This document shows positions 53,057 through 64,000 of a stretch of 64,000 nt of DNA, piece by piece. This DNA is from Sedimentisphaerales bacterium (GTDB lineage: Bacteria > Planctomycetota > Phycisphaerae > Sedimentisphaerales > Anaerobacaceae). The number at the start of each line of letters is the position of its first letter. Positions within the stretch are counted from its first letter, which is position 1. The stretch is from contig OY970194.1 in the NCBI GenBank assembly GCA_963708075.1, forward strand, positions 6,304,001 to 6,368,000, given 5' to 3'. Below the pieces are notes generated by a model, which did not search any database, was not told the origin of the DNA, and saw nothing but the letters and a program-made list of their open reading frames with translations. The position numbers and the translations under genes were made by a program.

Positions 53057-54722
53057 TCACCCTGGACCCCGATTCGGGGCCGCAGTCTTGTCCTGCTCGA
53101 CTCCATCCGGGGGCGGTTCCGTCTTCCCCGTGCCGCCGCAGATGAAGCGCATCTGGCCGACGTTGGGAATCCATCGCAAGGAGACGAGTCCATGGGCCAG
53201 GCGTATCAGAGGGTTCCTGGCGTTCTGCATGAGGAAGGCTTTTACGCCCTGGGGCCAGGGAAATTCGAAACCGCTGGGCCAATAGACGAACAGGGCTCTG
53301 CCGACCATGTAGTAGCGTGGCACGATGCCGGCCCTCGGGGGCTGCCATCCGCGGTTGGCCACGGAGGGCTGGTACCACCACCGGCCATCCTCGCTGTTGG
53401 GACTGTTGTCGCCGAGGACAAAGAACTCGTCCTCGTGGAGTGTGAATGGATTGCCTTCGATGGCCCTGGCGCTGCGGCTGGCCTGGCCGTCGCCCGTGTA
53501 GTAGATGTCCCGGAAGACCGCCACGTGCGACAGCGTCAGTTTGCCGCTGCCGAAGATCGCCGCGCGGGGCGATGGCTCCGTACCGCGCTCCATCGCATCG
53601 GGGGAACGGCCCATGTCCACCGACAATTGGCTGCCGTTGCATTCGAACAGCAACTGGTGGTCCACGACGGCGAATTTGACCGGGGCAAACGCTCCCGCCG
53701 ACGGGGCATTCACGTCCCTGCGCTCCAGGACCGTTTCCTGTCCATCGCTGACTTTGCTGAGCACTATCTCGCCGGAGAAATCCAGCCGGGCATTATAGAT
53801 GATGCCGTTCTTGCTCAGCGCGATGCCGATCTGTCCCTGTTCACTGCCCGGCTGCAGGTAAAAGCGGACCATCAGATCGCTGCATTCCGGCTTACGGTAG
53901 TACCTGCGGACGTCGTTGTATGCATAGGTAATATTGAACCCGTTGGCCGAGGGGGCCCCGTACGTCAGCACGTTGACCTTCTCGGCCGGGGAGTCCAGCA
54001 CGAACTGCGTGGGATTGGCCGGATTGACCTTCCAGTCGGACTGGCCAAAATCGAAGGGCGGCTGCCATTGGTCCCCGTTGAACGCGCCCCGCTGGTTCGG
54101 GTGCACCGGCTGATAGTCATGGTCGTAGACAGGCATCCACAGCTCCTGCTGCACCCGGCCCGGTTTGCGCGATCTGGCCGTCGATGTAGATGTCGCCGTC
54201 GATGATCTCGATCGTATCGCCCGGCAGCCCGATCAGCCGCTTGATGTAGTTCTCAGAGGGGTTGATCGGGTTCTTGAAGACCACGACATCCCACCGATTC
54301 GGCTCTTTGAACTGGTAGATGCATTTGAGCACGAGGATCCGATCCCCGTTCGCCACCGGCATCACCTTGGTGGTCGGCGTGAAATACCCGCAACTGGGAC
54401 ACCGGGTCTGCTCACCGACCTGTATCGGCCCCGGAGGGATCGTGTCCTCCGGCAGGCCGTACAGTGGATTCGTCGGAACGAATCCATACTCATACCGGTA
54501 CCCGCACTCGGGACAACGCATCCGAAAATGCGCCCCCATCAGGGTGTCGGCCATGCTTCCGGTGGGGATGCGAAAGGCCTCCATCACGAATGCCCGGAAC
54601 ACGAAGGCCAGAATGAAGGCCGTAATGAGCCACTCAAAGGCATTCGCGATCTCCGTCGCCCGATCCCTTTTCCTCTGTGCCGGTTTGGTCCCATCCGGTT
54701 TGGGAGTCTTGCTTGCAGTCAT
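53057..54722 (-). CDS. lepB: signal peptidase I, large form with insertions; frameshift near 54166
   Basis: IPTGSMA (Ser), GDRILVLK, YIKRLIGLPGD (Lys), FVLGDNSPNSEDGR. Confidence 0.92.
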
Positions 54723-54962
54723 TACCGTCGATCCCGTTTACAGGCAGCCACATTGCCGGCGGTCGAATGGCGTTGAAGGATGGCTTCCTCGCCGCCTTCT
54801 ATCGCACCTGGGCTCGCCGGACGATTGCTGCTCGCCCGGCGGCGTCCCTACAAGCGTGCCATTATGCCGTTGAGAACGCATCCGGTCAACCTCAGTGTGT
54901 CAATCGTGACCTTGATTTTCCGCCCGCGAGGACGGGCGTAAATTTTTTTTGACCAAAAGCGC

Positions 54963-54991
54963 TTGCCGCATCGAAGTCTTTGCTGTATAGT
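54963..54991 (+). promoter_or_regulatory. sigma-70-type promoter upstream of the HU gene
   Basis: TTGCCG-N17-TATAGT, preceded by a T/A tract. Confidence 0.55.
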
Positions 54992-55215
54992 AGTTTGCAG
55001 AAGTTTGTCCTTTCCATTCCGGTGGTCTTTGCCTGGGAGTTGCCTGTGGAAGTCGTGGGCCAAGTCGCCGGAAAGGGCGTTTGTCGGCTATGAGGGTTCA
55101 GATGGCCCTGAATTGCTGTTGGGTAGGCCGGAGAAAATGCGTGTTGGACAGCAGCGCGCCGCACAGGGCCCGGGCCCTATCTCCTAATCGCTCTTCCCTT
55201 CAAGTGAGGTAATCT

Positions 55216-55530
55216 ATGGCGACAGTTACGAAGAAAGAACTCATCGACCGAATCGCGGAACATACGCAGGCCAAGCGTGTCTCGGTCAAGCGTATCGTTC
55301 AAGCTTTTCTCGACGAGGTGATCAAGGAACTGTGTCAAGACAACCGCTTGGAGTTCAGAGACTTTGGCGTGTTTGAAACGCGGACGCGGGCCTCGCGCAC
55401 CGCACAGAACCCGAAGACGCTGGAACGCGTGGACGTGCCGACGAAGCGCACCGTCAAGTTCAAGATGGGCCGGCTGATGCGGGAGCACCTGATGGCCGCC
55501 GCGGCAGCGCAGGCAAAACGGGGGATGTAG
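55216..55530 (+). CDS. HU/IHF family DNA-binding protein
   Basis: [34 protein letters not shown]. Confidence 0.94.
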   Translation: MATVTKKELIDRIAEHTQAKRVSVKRIVQAFLDEVIKELCQDNRLEFRDFGVFETRTRASRTAQNPKTLERVDVPTKRTVKFKMGRLMREHLMAAAAAQAKRGM

Positions 55531-55631
55531 AAGCCGAGCCGGCGGCCCGTGGCGGCACTGGATGGGCATCCGGCCGTCCGCCGCGAGAGCCGATGCAAAC
55601 ATTGCTGGAAGTCTTCCAAGAGGAGTTGCTC

Positions 55632-55856
55632 ATGGTGGAAGGGAAGGTCAAGTGGTTCAACCCGCGCAAGGGGTATGGATTCATTGGGACCACCGATGGC
55701 CGGGACGTGTTTGTTCATTATTCCAGCATTGCCAGCGAGGGATTCAAGACTCTGGACGAGGGCGACTGCGTGCTGTTTGACGTGGCCGAGGGTGAAAAGG
55801 GACTGCGGGCCACAAATGTCGTGCTGAAGTCCCCCGCAGAGAAGCAAACGCCGTAA
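55632..55856 (+). CDS. cold-shock domain protein
   Basis: GKVKWFN, KGYGFI (RNP1), VFVHY (RNP2). Confidence 0.95.
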   Translation: MVEGKVKWFNPRKGYGFIGTTDGRDVFVHYSSIASEGFKTLDEGDCVLFDVAEGEKGLRATNVVLKSPAEKQTP

Positions 55857-55962
55857 GGCGATCGAGGGGAGTAGTGTTCGCCCGCTCATTTATGTTGGCA
55901 TCGGGCCCTTGCATCGGAGAAGCGGCCCGGGTATGATGAGTGGCGAATCGTGAGAAAAGACT

Positions 55963-56598
55963 ATGATCGGCGCCAGTTGCCAATCCGGACTTGATTGCAG
56001 CGTGCTGGTGCTTAACAAGCACTACATGGCCATCCGTATAGTCGGCGCAAGGCGGGCATTCTCGCTCCTGTGCCGGGATCTGGCCGAGGTCGTCGCCCTC
56101 GAGAAGGACAGCTACACCAACTATGATTTCCGGAGTTGGTGCGAAGTCAGCCGGTTCCGGCATGAGTTCGAGCCGGACGCCTATGACTGGGTCTCGACCG
56201 TCAACCTCTATGTGGCCGTGCCGAGAATCATCCGCCTGCTGTTTTACGATCGGCTGCCTCGCACCGAGGTCAAGTTCAACCGGCGCAACATCTACGCCCG
56301 CGACAAGAACCACTGCCAGTACTGCGGCAAGCGATTCCCCACCCCTGAGCTTTCGCTCGATCACGTCATCCCCCGCACCATGGGTGGCAAGGCCACCTGG
56401 GACAATATCGTCTGTGCCTGCTCGCAGTGCAACGCAAGAAAGGGCGGCCGGACCCCCAAGCAGGCCAACATGACCCTCATCCAAAAACCGATCAAACCCA
56501 AGCACAGCCCGCTCCTGCACATCCACCTCGGCCACCAGCGATACCACTCCTGGAAGCAGTTCCTCGACCACGCCTACTGGTCGGTCGAGCTGAAATAG
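55963..56598 (+). CDS. HNH endonuclease
   Basis: RDKNHCQYCG, DHVIPR, WDNIVCACSQCNARKG. Confidence 0.92.
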   Translation: MIGASCQSGLDCSVLVLNKHYMAIRIVGARRAFSLLCRDLAEVVALEKDSYTNYDFRSWCEVSRFRHEFEPDAYDWVSTVNLYVAVPRIIRLLFYDRLPRTEVKFNRRNIYARDKNHCQYCGKRFPTPELSLDHVIPRTMGGKATWDNIVCACSQCNARKGGRTPKQANMTLIQKPIKPKHSPLLHIHLGHQRYHSWKQFLDHAYWSVELK

Positions 56599-56718
56599 CC
56601 GTTTCGGGCAGCAGCCTCAATCTGCACGTCGGTTTCCACCGCCATAATTTGTCACCTTTGAGCCGCGTCTGCACTCTATGATAGTAGAATCCTATTGACG
56701 ATCTCGGAGCGATCGCAG

Positions 56719-58603
56719 ATGAACAACTTGGCAGGTGAAAACGAATTGCTGCAGGCCAGCCTGGCAGGAAGCAGAGAGGCTTTCGGTGCGGTTGTTGAGC
56801 GGTACCAGTCGCTGGTTTGCGCCATTGCTTATAGCGCCACCGGCGATATCGGCAAGAGCGAGGAACTGGCCCAGGAGACCTTCCTGCGGGCATGGCGGAA
56901 CCTGGGGCAACTGGAGGATGCGACGAAGTTTCGGGCCTGGCTGTGTACCATCGCGAGAAACCTCGCCAGGACCTCGCTTCGAGGCGGCTCGAAGGATGCC
57001 ATCGACGCAGCCGGGCCTCTGGAAGACGCCGATGCCATGGCGGCTCCCATACCGGATCCCGGTCAGGCGGCAATCGACAGGGAGCTGCAGGAAATCGTCT
57101 GGGCGGCGGTCGGACGCGTGCCGCAGAAGTACCGCGAGCCGCTCGTGCTCTTCTATCGTGAGCAGCGGTCCGTCAGTCAGGTGGCCGCCGACCTCGGCTT
57201 GTCCGAGCCCATGGTCCGCCAGAGGCTCCACCGCGGCCGGCGGTTCATTCGGGCCGAGATCGCTTCGCTCGTCGAGGATACGCTCACCCGCTCCGGGCCG
57301 GGCAAGGCCTTTACCCTCGCCGTTGTCGCCGCGCTGCCTGCGATCATTACACCAACCGCCGGCGCTGCCGTCGTCGGTATCGCCGCCAAGGGGACCCCGG
57401 CCGCAAAGACGGTCCTTGCCGCCGGTTCTCAGCGGCGCGACCCTTGGCTCGATCATTGGACTGCTCGGCGGCATCCTCGGCTCGATCATTGGAGTGCTCG
57501 GGGGCATCCTGGGTACACAGGCCAGCATCAGGAGAACGAAATCCCCCCATGAGCGTCGGTTCGTGATCCGGATATCGCTGTTCGGTTGGCTGCTGGTGAG
57601 CGTGTTGATTGTCTTGCCGGTGAGCCTGTCCATTGCCGGGATTATTCCTTGGTGGGTCTACTGGTCGTGTTGGGGTACATTCTTCGTCCTCCTGCTGCCT
57701 CTGATCTCTTGGGGCAATGCGCATCAGCACCGGATCCAGATCGAGGATGGCACGTACCGCCCTCCCGAACCGCCGCCGGCATACGCTGCTCGGTTGGGCA
57801 CCCGTCAGAGCTTCGTCGGCAAAATCTTCGGCCCTCTGATCTGGGTGTTCATCCCCGCAGCGATCACGGAGGACTGGATCACGGCTTTCGTCGTCTTAGT
57901 GTTGGCCTTCCTGGTGTTATTCATCACTCGCCGGGTTTCTGCGGCTCGACCCGAGCGGCCCTTTCTCGCGCTACTGGTTGCCTTGCTGGGCGTCGGAGCC
58001 ATCAGTCTCGGCGTGGTCTGCTTGCGCTGGCGGGCTTGGCAACAGGTCGCGGCGTTCAACGAGATGGGCGGGGCGGTCCCATTCTGGCTTGTGGCCCTGC
58101 TCGTCGTTGGCTGCGTGGCTGTCATGGCGATCAGCGTCATTGTGATGGATCGCCGACGCGCGACGCCCCCGACACACCCACTCGACGCCGGCTACGCCTC
58201 CAGGTCGGGATCTTCCGAGGCGCTTGCCGGCGCTGTCTTCGGGTCGGTGGCCTGGCTGTTCATGATGTCGCTGATGGCCCGCGACTGGATCGCCGTCGTC
58301 GTGGTGCTCTATGCTGTCGTTGTCTTCTTCATCAGTGCCGCGATTTGTGCCGCTCGGCCACACCGACTTTGGCCCGTCTTTCTGACAGACGTCGCGGCCC
58401 TGTACGTGCTGCACCTGCTCGTCTTGAACCTTCGCTGGAGTCGCTGGATGGCGTCCTTCGGGCACACCGGGCATCAGGCTCTGTACCACGAGGTCTCCTT
58501 GACAGAGGTGAATGTCATTGTTACCGCTGTGGCCGTGGCCGTGGCTCTGTTCTGCGCCCTGCACTGGGCTGCCGACCGACGGCGGCACAGGGCAGAGAGA
58601 TGA
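56719..58603 (+). CDS. ECF sigma factor fused to a multi-pass membrane domain; frameshift near 57427
   Basis: EELAQETFLRAW, FRAWLCTIARN, VRQRLHRGR. Removing one T joins this frame to about ten hydrophobic segments. Confidence 0.8.
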
Positions 58604-58633
58604 ATCGTGTCGGTTGTCCGGATTGCGAAAAGG

Positions 58634-58981
58634 TCACCGCATTAGGTGCTCGTCGTGGGGATCGCAGGGACCCTGGCGCGAGGGGAATAAGATCGATTTG
58701 CCGCAGGTCTTGATCCAGGTCCAGTGCAGAATGAGGTGGACGAGGATCAGAGAGATGAACACGAGAGCCAGGGTGAAGTGAATGTCGCCCCAGTCGTGTC
58801 GGCCGAGACCGAGCAGCTCTTTGACCTCACCGGGGTCGCGGCCGCCGCGAAAGCCGTGACCCTGCCCGCCCCCTGAGCCCGGCGGCAGCACCCATCTCAT
58901 AATCGTCCCCGTCGCCGCTAGCGAGAGCAGATTCAGAAAGCTGATCGTATCCAGGATGAGATTCCATGTCGTGCGTTTCAT
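58634..58981 (-). CDS. DUF4405-like membrane protein
   Basis: ATG...LGLGRHDWGDIHFTLALVFISLILVHLILHWTWI. Confidence 0.75.
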   Translation of the reverse strand: MKRTTWNLILDTISFLNLLSLAATGTIMRWVLPPGSGGGQGHGFRGGRDPGEVKELLGLGRHDWGDIHFTLALVFISLILVHLILHWTWIKTCGKSILFPSRQGPCDPHDEHLMR

Positions 58982-59148
58982 CCGTGTGCCTCGCAATTGT
59001 ATCATCTTCGTTTGCATCCTCGCAGGCTACGGCCGGTCCTTCTATCTTACGCGTTTCGGGAGATTCTTCAATTCCTGCTTGAACGCGTCCGCCGAAACGC
59101 CATCCTTATAGGTAGAAGACAAGATCTTGTCAGCAGTGAGGGCGTCAG

Positions 59149-59688
59149 ATGGATTTCGAGGGCCAGTTGCAGGATGTGGTCCGCCGTTGCCAGCGTGGCG
59201 AGCGGGCGGCGTTTGAGGCGATCTTCCGGCAGTTTCAGCCGAGGCTTCGATACTATCTTCGACGCCTGGACACCGGCGGCGACCATATCGATGACACGCT
59301 CCAGGATATCTGGGTCAAAGTTGTTCGCCGGATCGGCTCCCTGCGCGATTCCACGGCCTTCGTAGCCTGGCTCTACACCATTGCTCGCAATGAGGTGTAT
59401 GGCCGGGCAAAGGCCAGGGACCCGTTCGTGGGACTGACGGATGAGCATCTGGAATTGGTCGCGGATGATCATGAGCCCGTGTTCGGCGATGAAGAGGCGG
59501 CCCGCATCCATGTGGCCCTTGGGAGACTCCCGCCGGCGCATCGCGAAATCCTGACGCTGCATTTTCTCGAAGATCTCCCGCCCAAGCAGATCGCCGGGAT
59601 CCTCGGCCTCCGTGCCGGCACTGTCAGGTCCCGCATCTATTACGCCAAACAGGCTCTTCGTAAAGAACTGGAGAAAGATAATGGATAA
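59149..59688 (+). CDS. ECF sigma factor
   Basis: DDTLQDIW, FVAWLYTIARN, LPPAHRE, GTVRSRIYYAK. Confidence 0.92.
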   Translation: MDFEGQLQDVVRRCQRGERAAFEAIFRQFQPRLRYYLRRLDTGGDHIDDTLQDIWVKVVRRIGSLRDSTAFVAWLYTIARNEVYGRAKARDPFVGLTDEHLELVADDHEPVFGDEEAARIHVALGRLPPAHREILTLHFLEDLPPKQIAGILGLRAGTVRSRIYYAKQALRKELEKDNG

Positions 59689-61481
59689 TCGTGAAATCCT
59701 TCGAGACAAGCTGCTGCGTGCCGATGGCATCGATCCATCGGCATCGCCCGAGACCGAGATGGTCCGGTTCCGGCAGCTTCTGGACGGAACGAAATCGGTC
59801 GAATTGTCATGGAGAAAAGCCATGAAGACTCCCATAATGAAGTTTGCAGTTGCCGCTGGCGTCGTGCTGGCCGTCCTGCTCGGGATGTATTTTCTCGGCG
59901 GGACCTCCAGCACCACCTGGGCGGCCGTGCTGAATAAAGTGATGGACTTCGATACCTGTGTATCTCGCAGCCGCGACGTCGACACGACTGGCCCCCGGCC
60001 CGATGGTTTCGAATTTGCGTCCGAACACACCGCCACGATCTATTACTCGGAACAATACGGACGGTACTCCGAAGGCCACAAGAACGGTGAACTCTTCTCC
60101 CGCAGCTACACGCTGCTCCAGGACAACGAGTTTGTGTTCATCTGCTACCCGCTCAAGATCTACAAGCGGGCTCCGCTCACCGAGGAGCAGATTCGCGAGT
60201 TCCACGAAAAGAGTCCGAAACAGATCATCGCGAAGATCCTCGAACACGACTACACCGAGCTCGGGGACTCGACGATGGAAGGAAGGCGCGTGCGGGGGCT
60301 TGAGCTGCGCGATCCCAATGCGCTTTCCGACGGTCAGTCGCTAGCGCCGCTGCTCGATGATTTCAGCGCCCGGTTTTGGATCGACGTGGACACGCAGTTG
60401 CCCGTGTGGGTGGAGGTCAGCTTCGTGCCCAAGGGGTCGAAGATGCGGCACACCGGGGTCTGGGACCAGTTCCAATGGGGCGTGGCGCTGGACCCGAACC
60501 TGTTCAAACCGACGGTCCCCGCTGACTTCGAGGCCGATGCCATGGGGGACGGGCCGCGTCCTGATTCCGCCCCCAAGACACAGCCGGCGGAAGCCTTTGC
60601 CGCCAACACGCAGGCTGAGCCATACTTGCGCGACTTCGATCATCTCAAGCTCCCGGACCTGAGCAAGCTGGTGCTCCTCGGCGTGGACGTGAACATCCCC
60701 AGGGACAATGTGCGCCTCCTCTCCCACAGCCAGATCTGGGAGTTCCAGGACAAGGTCATGGCCACGTGGCCGGCCTTCGAGCAGGTCCAGGCCCAACTGC
60801 ACCGCGAGCTCCAGGAGAAACTCGGCATTGAACAGCTTGGCGTCGATGACCTTGTCACGACGGGAATCGCCCTGCGCGAGCGATTTTGGGAATTAGCCGG
60901 GTGTTTCTCCGAGAACCTCCTATCCTTACGCCTATGCTGCTCGGATCGTGACGGAAATGGCGCACGAGAAAGCCCCGGACAACCTCGCCGTGATGGACCA
61001 GTTCGTCGAGTCGATCACCACCTATGCCGTGACACGGACCTGGCATGAGGACGAGAGCCAGGCGGTGAGGAATCCCATCTACTCCGGCCTGTTGACCGAC
61101 CTTCGCCTGGCCCAGTTTGAGCAGATCAAGAGCGAAGTCGCCCGGGGACACGTCCCCACGTGGAAGGACTTCGTCCGCATGCACGATCTGGTCATACTGC
61201 TCAACGCGAGTCGCAAGGATTACAGGCAGGCGACACAGGTCGCCCAGTGGCTGATCGAGCAGGCGCCCACCGCAGGCTGGACGTACTACCTCGCCTCGCT
61301 CAAGGAAATGGAGCAGGCCTTCTCAAAAGGAGAGAGCTATAAGAGCGGCCTCTTCATGCACGGCTCGGACGTCTTCCCCGCGGAGTACCAGTACTCGCGT
61401 CGTCTCTTCTCGTTCCAAGGCCCGCGCCAGCGAGCCGAAACGCTCTGGCCGGTACACCTGCGCCACCTCAAAGGCTGGTAG
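59681..61481 (+). CDS. putative anti-sigma factor (single TM plus LolA-like periplasmic region); frameshift near 60914
   Basis: Overlaps the ECF stop; TM segment KFAVAAGVVLAVLLG; WIDVDTQLPV...LDPNLF. Removing one A joins it to the 60948 ORF. Confidence 0.7.
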
Positions 61482-61510
61482 CCACCGACGTCGTCTCCTA
61501 TCACAACCGA

Positions 61511-61541
61511 AAAAGGGCCGGACCCACACGTCCGGCCCTTT
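61511..61541. terminator. intrinsic terminator, possibly bidirectional
   Basis: AAAAGGGCCGGAC/GTCCGGCCCTTT hairpin. Confidence 0.7.
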
Positions 61542-61976
61542 GCCTGTTCCACCTCACATCGATGCGCGAAACCGGCAGTTCGAGGACCTCCGGCCGCAAC
61601 CGGCGGCACGTAAACCCGTGACACGTATGGATTTACAGTTGGCAATCTGCCTCCGAACCGAACCTGGTATCATTGGAGATTTATACACGAAATTACGTAT
61701 TTCTACGGATTGACAAAATCAGTCGAACGTGGGAGTCTGGTCCATGTAGCCAGGCAAGTGTTCGCCTCATTCGAGGTTGGTTCAGGCAGGCAGTGACACG
61801 ATTACGATCCAGATCCAGTGCACTGCGCCGGGTGGATTCCGGCGCGCAGCATGGCTCGCCTGCTCGGGAACACTTAACGGGAAAGGAGGTGACAGCGCGA
61901 TCCGATATTCACGAGACGTCGTTCCACGAACGGATTCGAATCAGGGATGTCGAAACGAGAAGGGAGTCGGTGAATT

Positions 61977-63314
61977 ATGAAGTACAGGATGGAAGGCAGG
62001 AGATTTTGGGCCGGGATAGCATTCGCGGTGATTTTGACGTTGATCTTGGGACCCGTGTTGCAGGCTCGCCCGGATCGGGCATTTTCCGTGGCAATCAGTC
62101 CGACGACGGCCACCGTCGGTGAGACCAAACCCTACACGATCACCATCACGAACGAGGGCTCCGGCGGCGGGGCCTCAGCAAACCTCGGCTCAGCCACAAT
62201 CCAGGTCCCGGCCGGCTTCACGGTGGTGGTGCCGCCCGCATTGAGCGTGACGACCTCTCCCACCAAGTCGTGGACGGCTGCCCTGAATGGGGCGGGCACG
62301 GAGATCCTGCTCTGCGGTGACCAGGGCAACGACACATTCTCCGGCGGCGACTATGTGGCCGTCACATTCACCGCCACAGCGCCAGGTACACCGGGCGTCT
62401 GCGAGTGGACGACTACGCTGCGAAAGAACACGAACTGGCATGGTCCCACGCCGGCCTTGGTGGGCACGCAACCAGTAGTGACCGTGCAGGACGATGTGAC
62501 GCCCCCTGATCCCGAGGGCCCAGCATCGATCTGCGGCGCCAAATTCTATGATACGGACACTGACGGTGTTTGGGAGGAAGGCGAACCCGGGATTGAGGGC
62601 TGGAAGATCCATCTGGTCGGCGACACCGTCAACGCGTATGCCTTCACCAATAGCGACGGCGAGTTCTGCTTCCCGGACCTCGAAGCGGGCAGTTATGTCG
62701 CCAGTGAAGTCTTTCCGCTGATGCCTCCGACGTGGATACCGACCACGGAGACATCGTTCAGCACGACAGTGGACGATTGCGAGATCGATGTTGGTGACTT
62801 TGGCAACGTCTGCCTGGGCGCCGGCGGCGGGCACACGCTCGGCTACTGGTCGAACAAGAACGGCCATGCGAGCATGACAACATACGGCTTGTCCTCTGCA
62901 TGGTCGGCACTCGCGGATCTGAACCTGGTCAACGGCAGTGGGGCACCGTTCAATCCGGCCGGATACCCAGCGTTCCGGACCTGGCTGCTCAGTGCGACGG
63001 CCACGAACATGGCCTACATGCTCTCGGCCCAGCTCGCGGCGATGAAACTCAACGTCCTCACCGAATTCGTGGATGGCGATGCCCTGGTCTACGCGCCGGG
63101 CGTGCCGGGTACAAATCCGGCCGGATTCATCTCCGTGAACGCTCTGATCACCGCAGCGAACACCAGCTTGGGAGCAGACGGCTACACGCCCGCTGATGAC
63201 CCGAATCGCAGCGTGCAGGAGAGCATCAAGAACGCACTCGACCAGGCGAACAATAACCAGAACTTCGTCAGCCCAGCGCCCTGTTTGCCTATAGTATATA
63301 TCGTAATACTGTAA
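61977..63314 (+). CDS. secreted protein with an SdrD B-like domain
   Basis: Signal peptide; ICGAKFYDTDTDGVWEEGEPGIEGWKIHL...TNSDGEFCF. Confidence 0.75.
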   Translation: MKYRMEGRRFWAGIAFAVILTLILGPVLQARPDRAFSVAISPTTATVGETKPYTITITNEGSGGGASANLGSATIQVPAGFTVVVPPALSVTTSPTKSWTAALNGAGTEILLCGDQGNDTFSGGDYVAVTFTATAPGTPGVCEWTTTLRKNTNWHGPTPALVGTQPVVTVQDDVTPPDPEGPASICGAKFYDTDTDGVWEEGEPGIEGWKIHLVGDTVNAYAFTNSDGEFCFPDLEAGSYVASEVFPLMPPTWIPTTETSFSTTVDDCEIDVGDFGNVCLGAGGGHTLGYWSNKNGHASMTTYGLSSAWSALADLNLVNGSGAPFNPAGYPAFRTWLLSATATNMAYMLSAQLAAMKLNVLTEFVDGDALVYAPGVPGTNPAGFISVNALITAANTSLGADGYTPADDPNRSVQESIKNALDQANNNQNFVSPAPCLPIVYIVIL

Positions 63315-63763
63315 AGGCGCAGCGCGGCTGTTAAGTATTGCTCAGGACAACGTAGGCCGGGACACTGTCCGGCCGCGGCTCCGAAATATCGTCATTCGGA
63401 AGGCAGAGGCTCACATGCGCTCTGCCTTCCGAATGCGCTGTCATACACCCGATTCATGGAAGCTCTGATCCATCTGGATCCTGGCGGCCGGAAAGATCCG
63501 CCCACGATCATAATGTGCACCCCTTGAGACAAGAATTCCTGAAAACTCATTGCACCACTTGAACAAAAGGATAGCATGAGACATTGTCCCGGCAGGGATT
63601 CGTGCGCCGTTTGCTGAAGGAGCTGCCAGACGCAGGCTCCACGCCTTTTTCGTCATGATACATCTGACCGCTGAGTAGCAGGACACACAGTCATGTTGCG
63701 GCTCACGTCGATGTCGCGACAACTTAGTGGATATCGTGGAAGTCTGGCTTGAAAGGAGCATGT

Positions 63764-64000
63764 ATGCCTCTGAACAAACGGTTGGCAGCGGAGACGATAG
63801 GTACATTCTGGCTCGTGTTTGGCGGCTGCGGCAGCGCCGTGCTCGCAGCAGCATTCCCCGAGGTGGGTATCGGCCTGCTCGGCGTAGCCCTGGCATTCGG
63901 ATTGACCGTGCTGACGATGGCCTTTGCCATCGGCCACATCTCCGGGTGCCATCTCAACCCGGCGGTGACGCTGGGTCTGGCCACGGGCCGGCGCTTCCCG
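63764..64000 (+). CDS. aqpZ: aquaporin Z (partial; runs off the window)
   Basis: Manual translation [32 protein letters not shown]...[20 protein letters not shown]. Confidence 0.95.
   Translation, partial: MPLNKRLAAETIGTFWLVFGGCGSAVLAAAFPEVGIGLLGVALAFGLTVLTMAFAIGHISGCHLNPAVTLGLATGRRFP

Noticed and set aside
55963..56598. HNH gene as part of an RNA-guided or defence system
   Set aside because: A small stand-alone HNH protein with host-like composition beside HU and Csp genes. No RuvC motifs, array or partner genes.

Overview
GC-rich bacterial chromosome segment, most likely from Planctomycetota (Phycisphaerae/Sedimentisphaerales-like). That assignment is inferred from the secreted LamG/PA14 proteins with repeated YYWRVDE modules, a large zinc-ribbon-containing LepB and TM-fused ECF sigma factors. 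The backbone is housekeeping: yggS, argS, rsfS, hppA, argC/argJ, rplM-rpsI, nrdJ, uvrC, sigma-70, apt, prmC, asnS, rnc, hemL, lepB, HU, Csp and aqpZ. Interleaved accessory or non-coding elements are: a Nudix-like/TIR fusion gene with its own promoter; an MNT-HEPN toxin-antitoxin pair; a promoter-driven, non-CRISPR array of 13 ATTGGCTTTGTTT repeats set back-to-back with a restriction-nuclease/nSTAND3-type NTPase gene; a candidate 6S RNA; four tandem membrane-anchored paralogs with GspG-like C-termini; and many REP-like palindromes and 7-9 bp tandem repeats. Several conserved genes (argJ, nrdJ, asnS, rnc, lepB and others) carry small indels. These are most likely sequencing or assembly errors, and three of them fall on the same GGTCTC motif. 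All family assignments come from reading motifs by eye; no database search was run.
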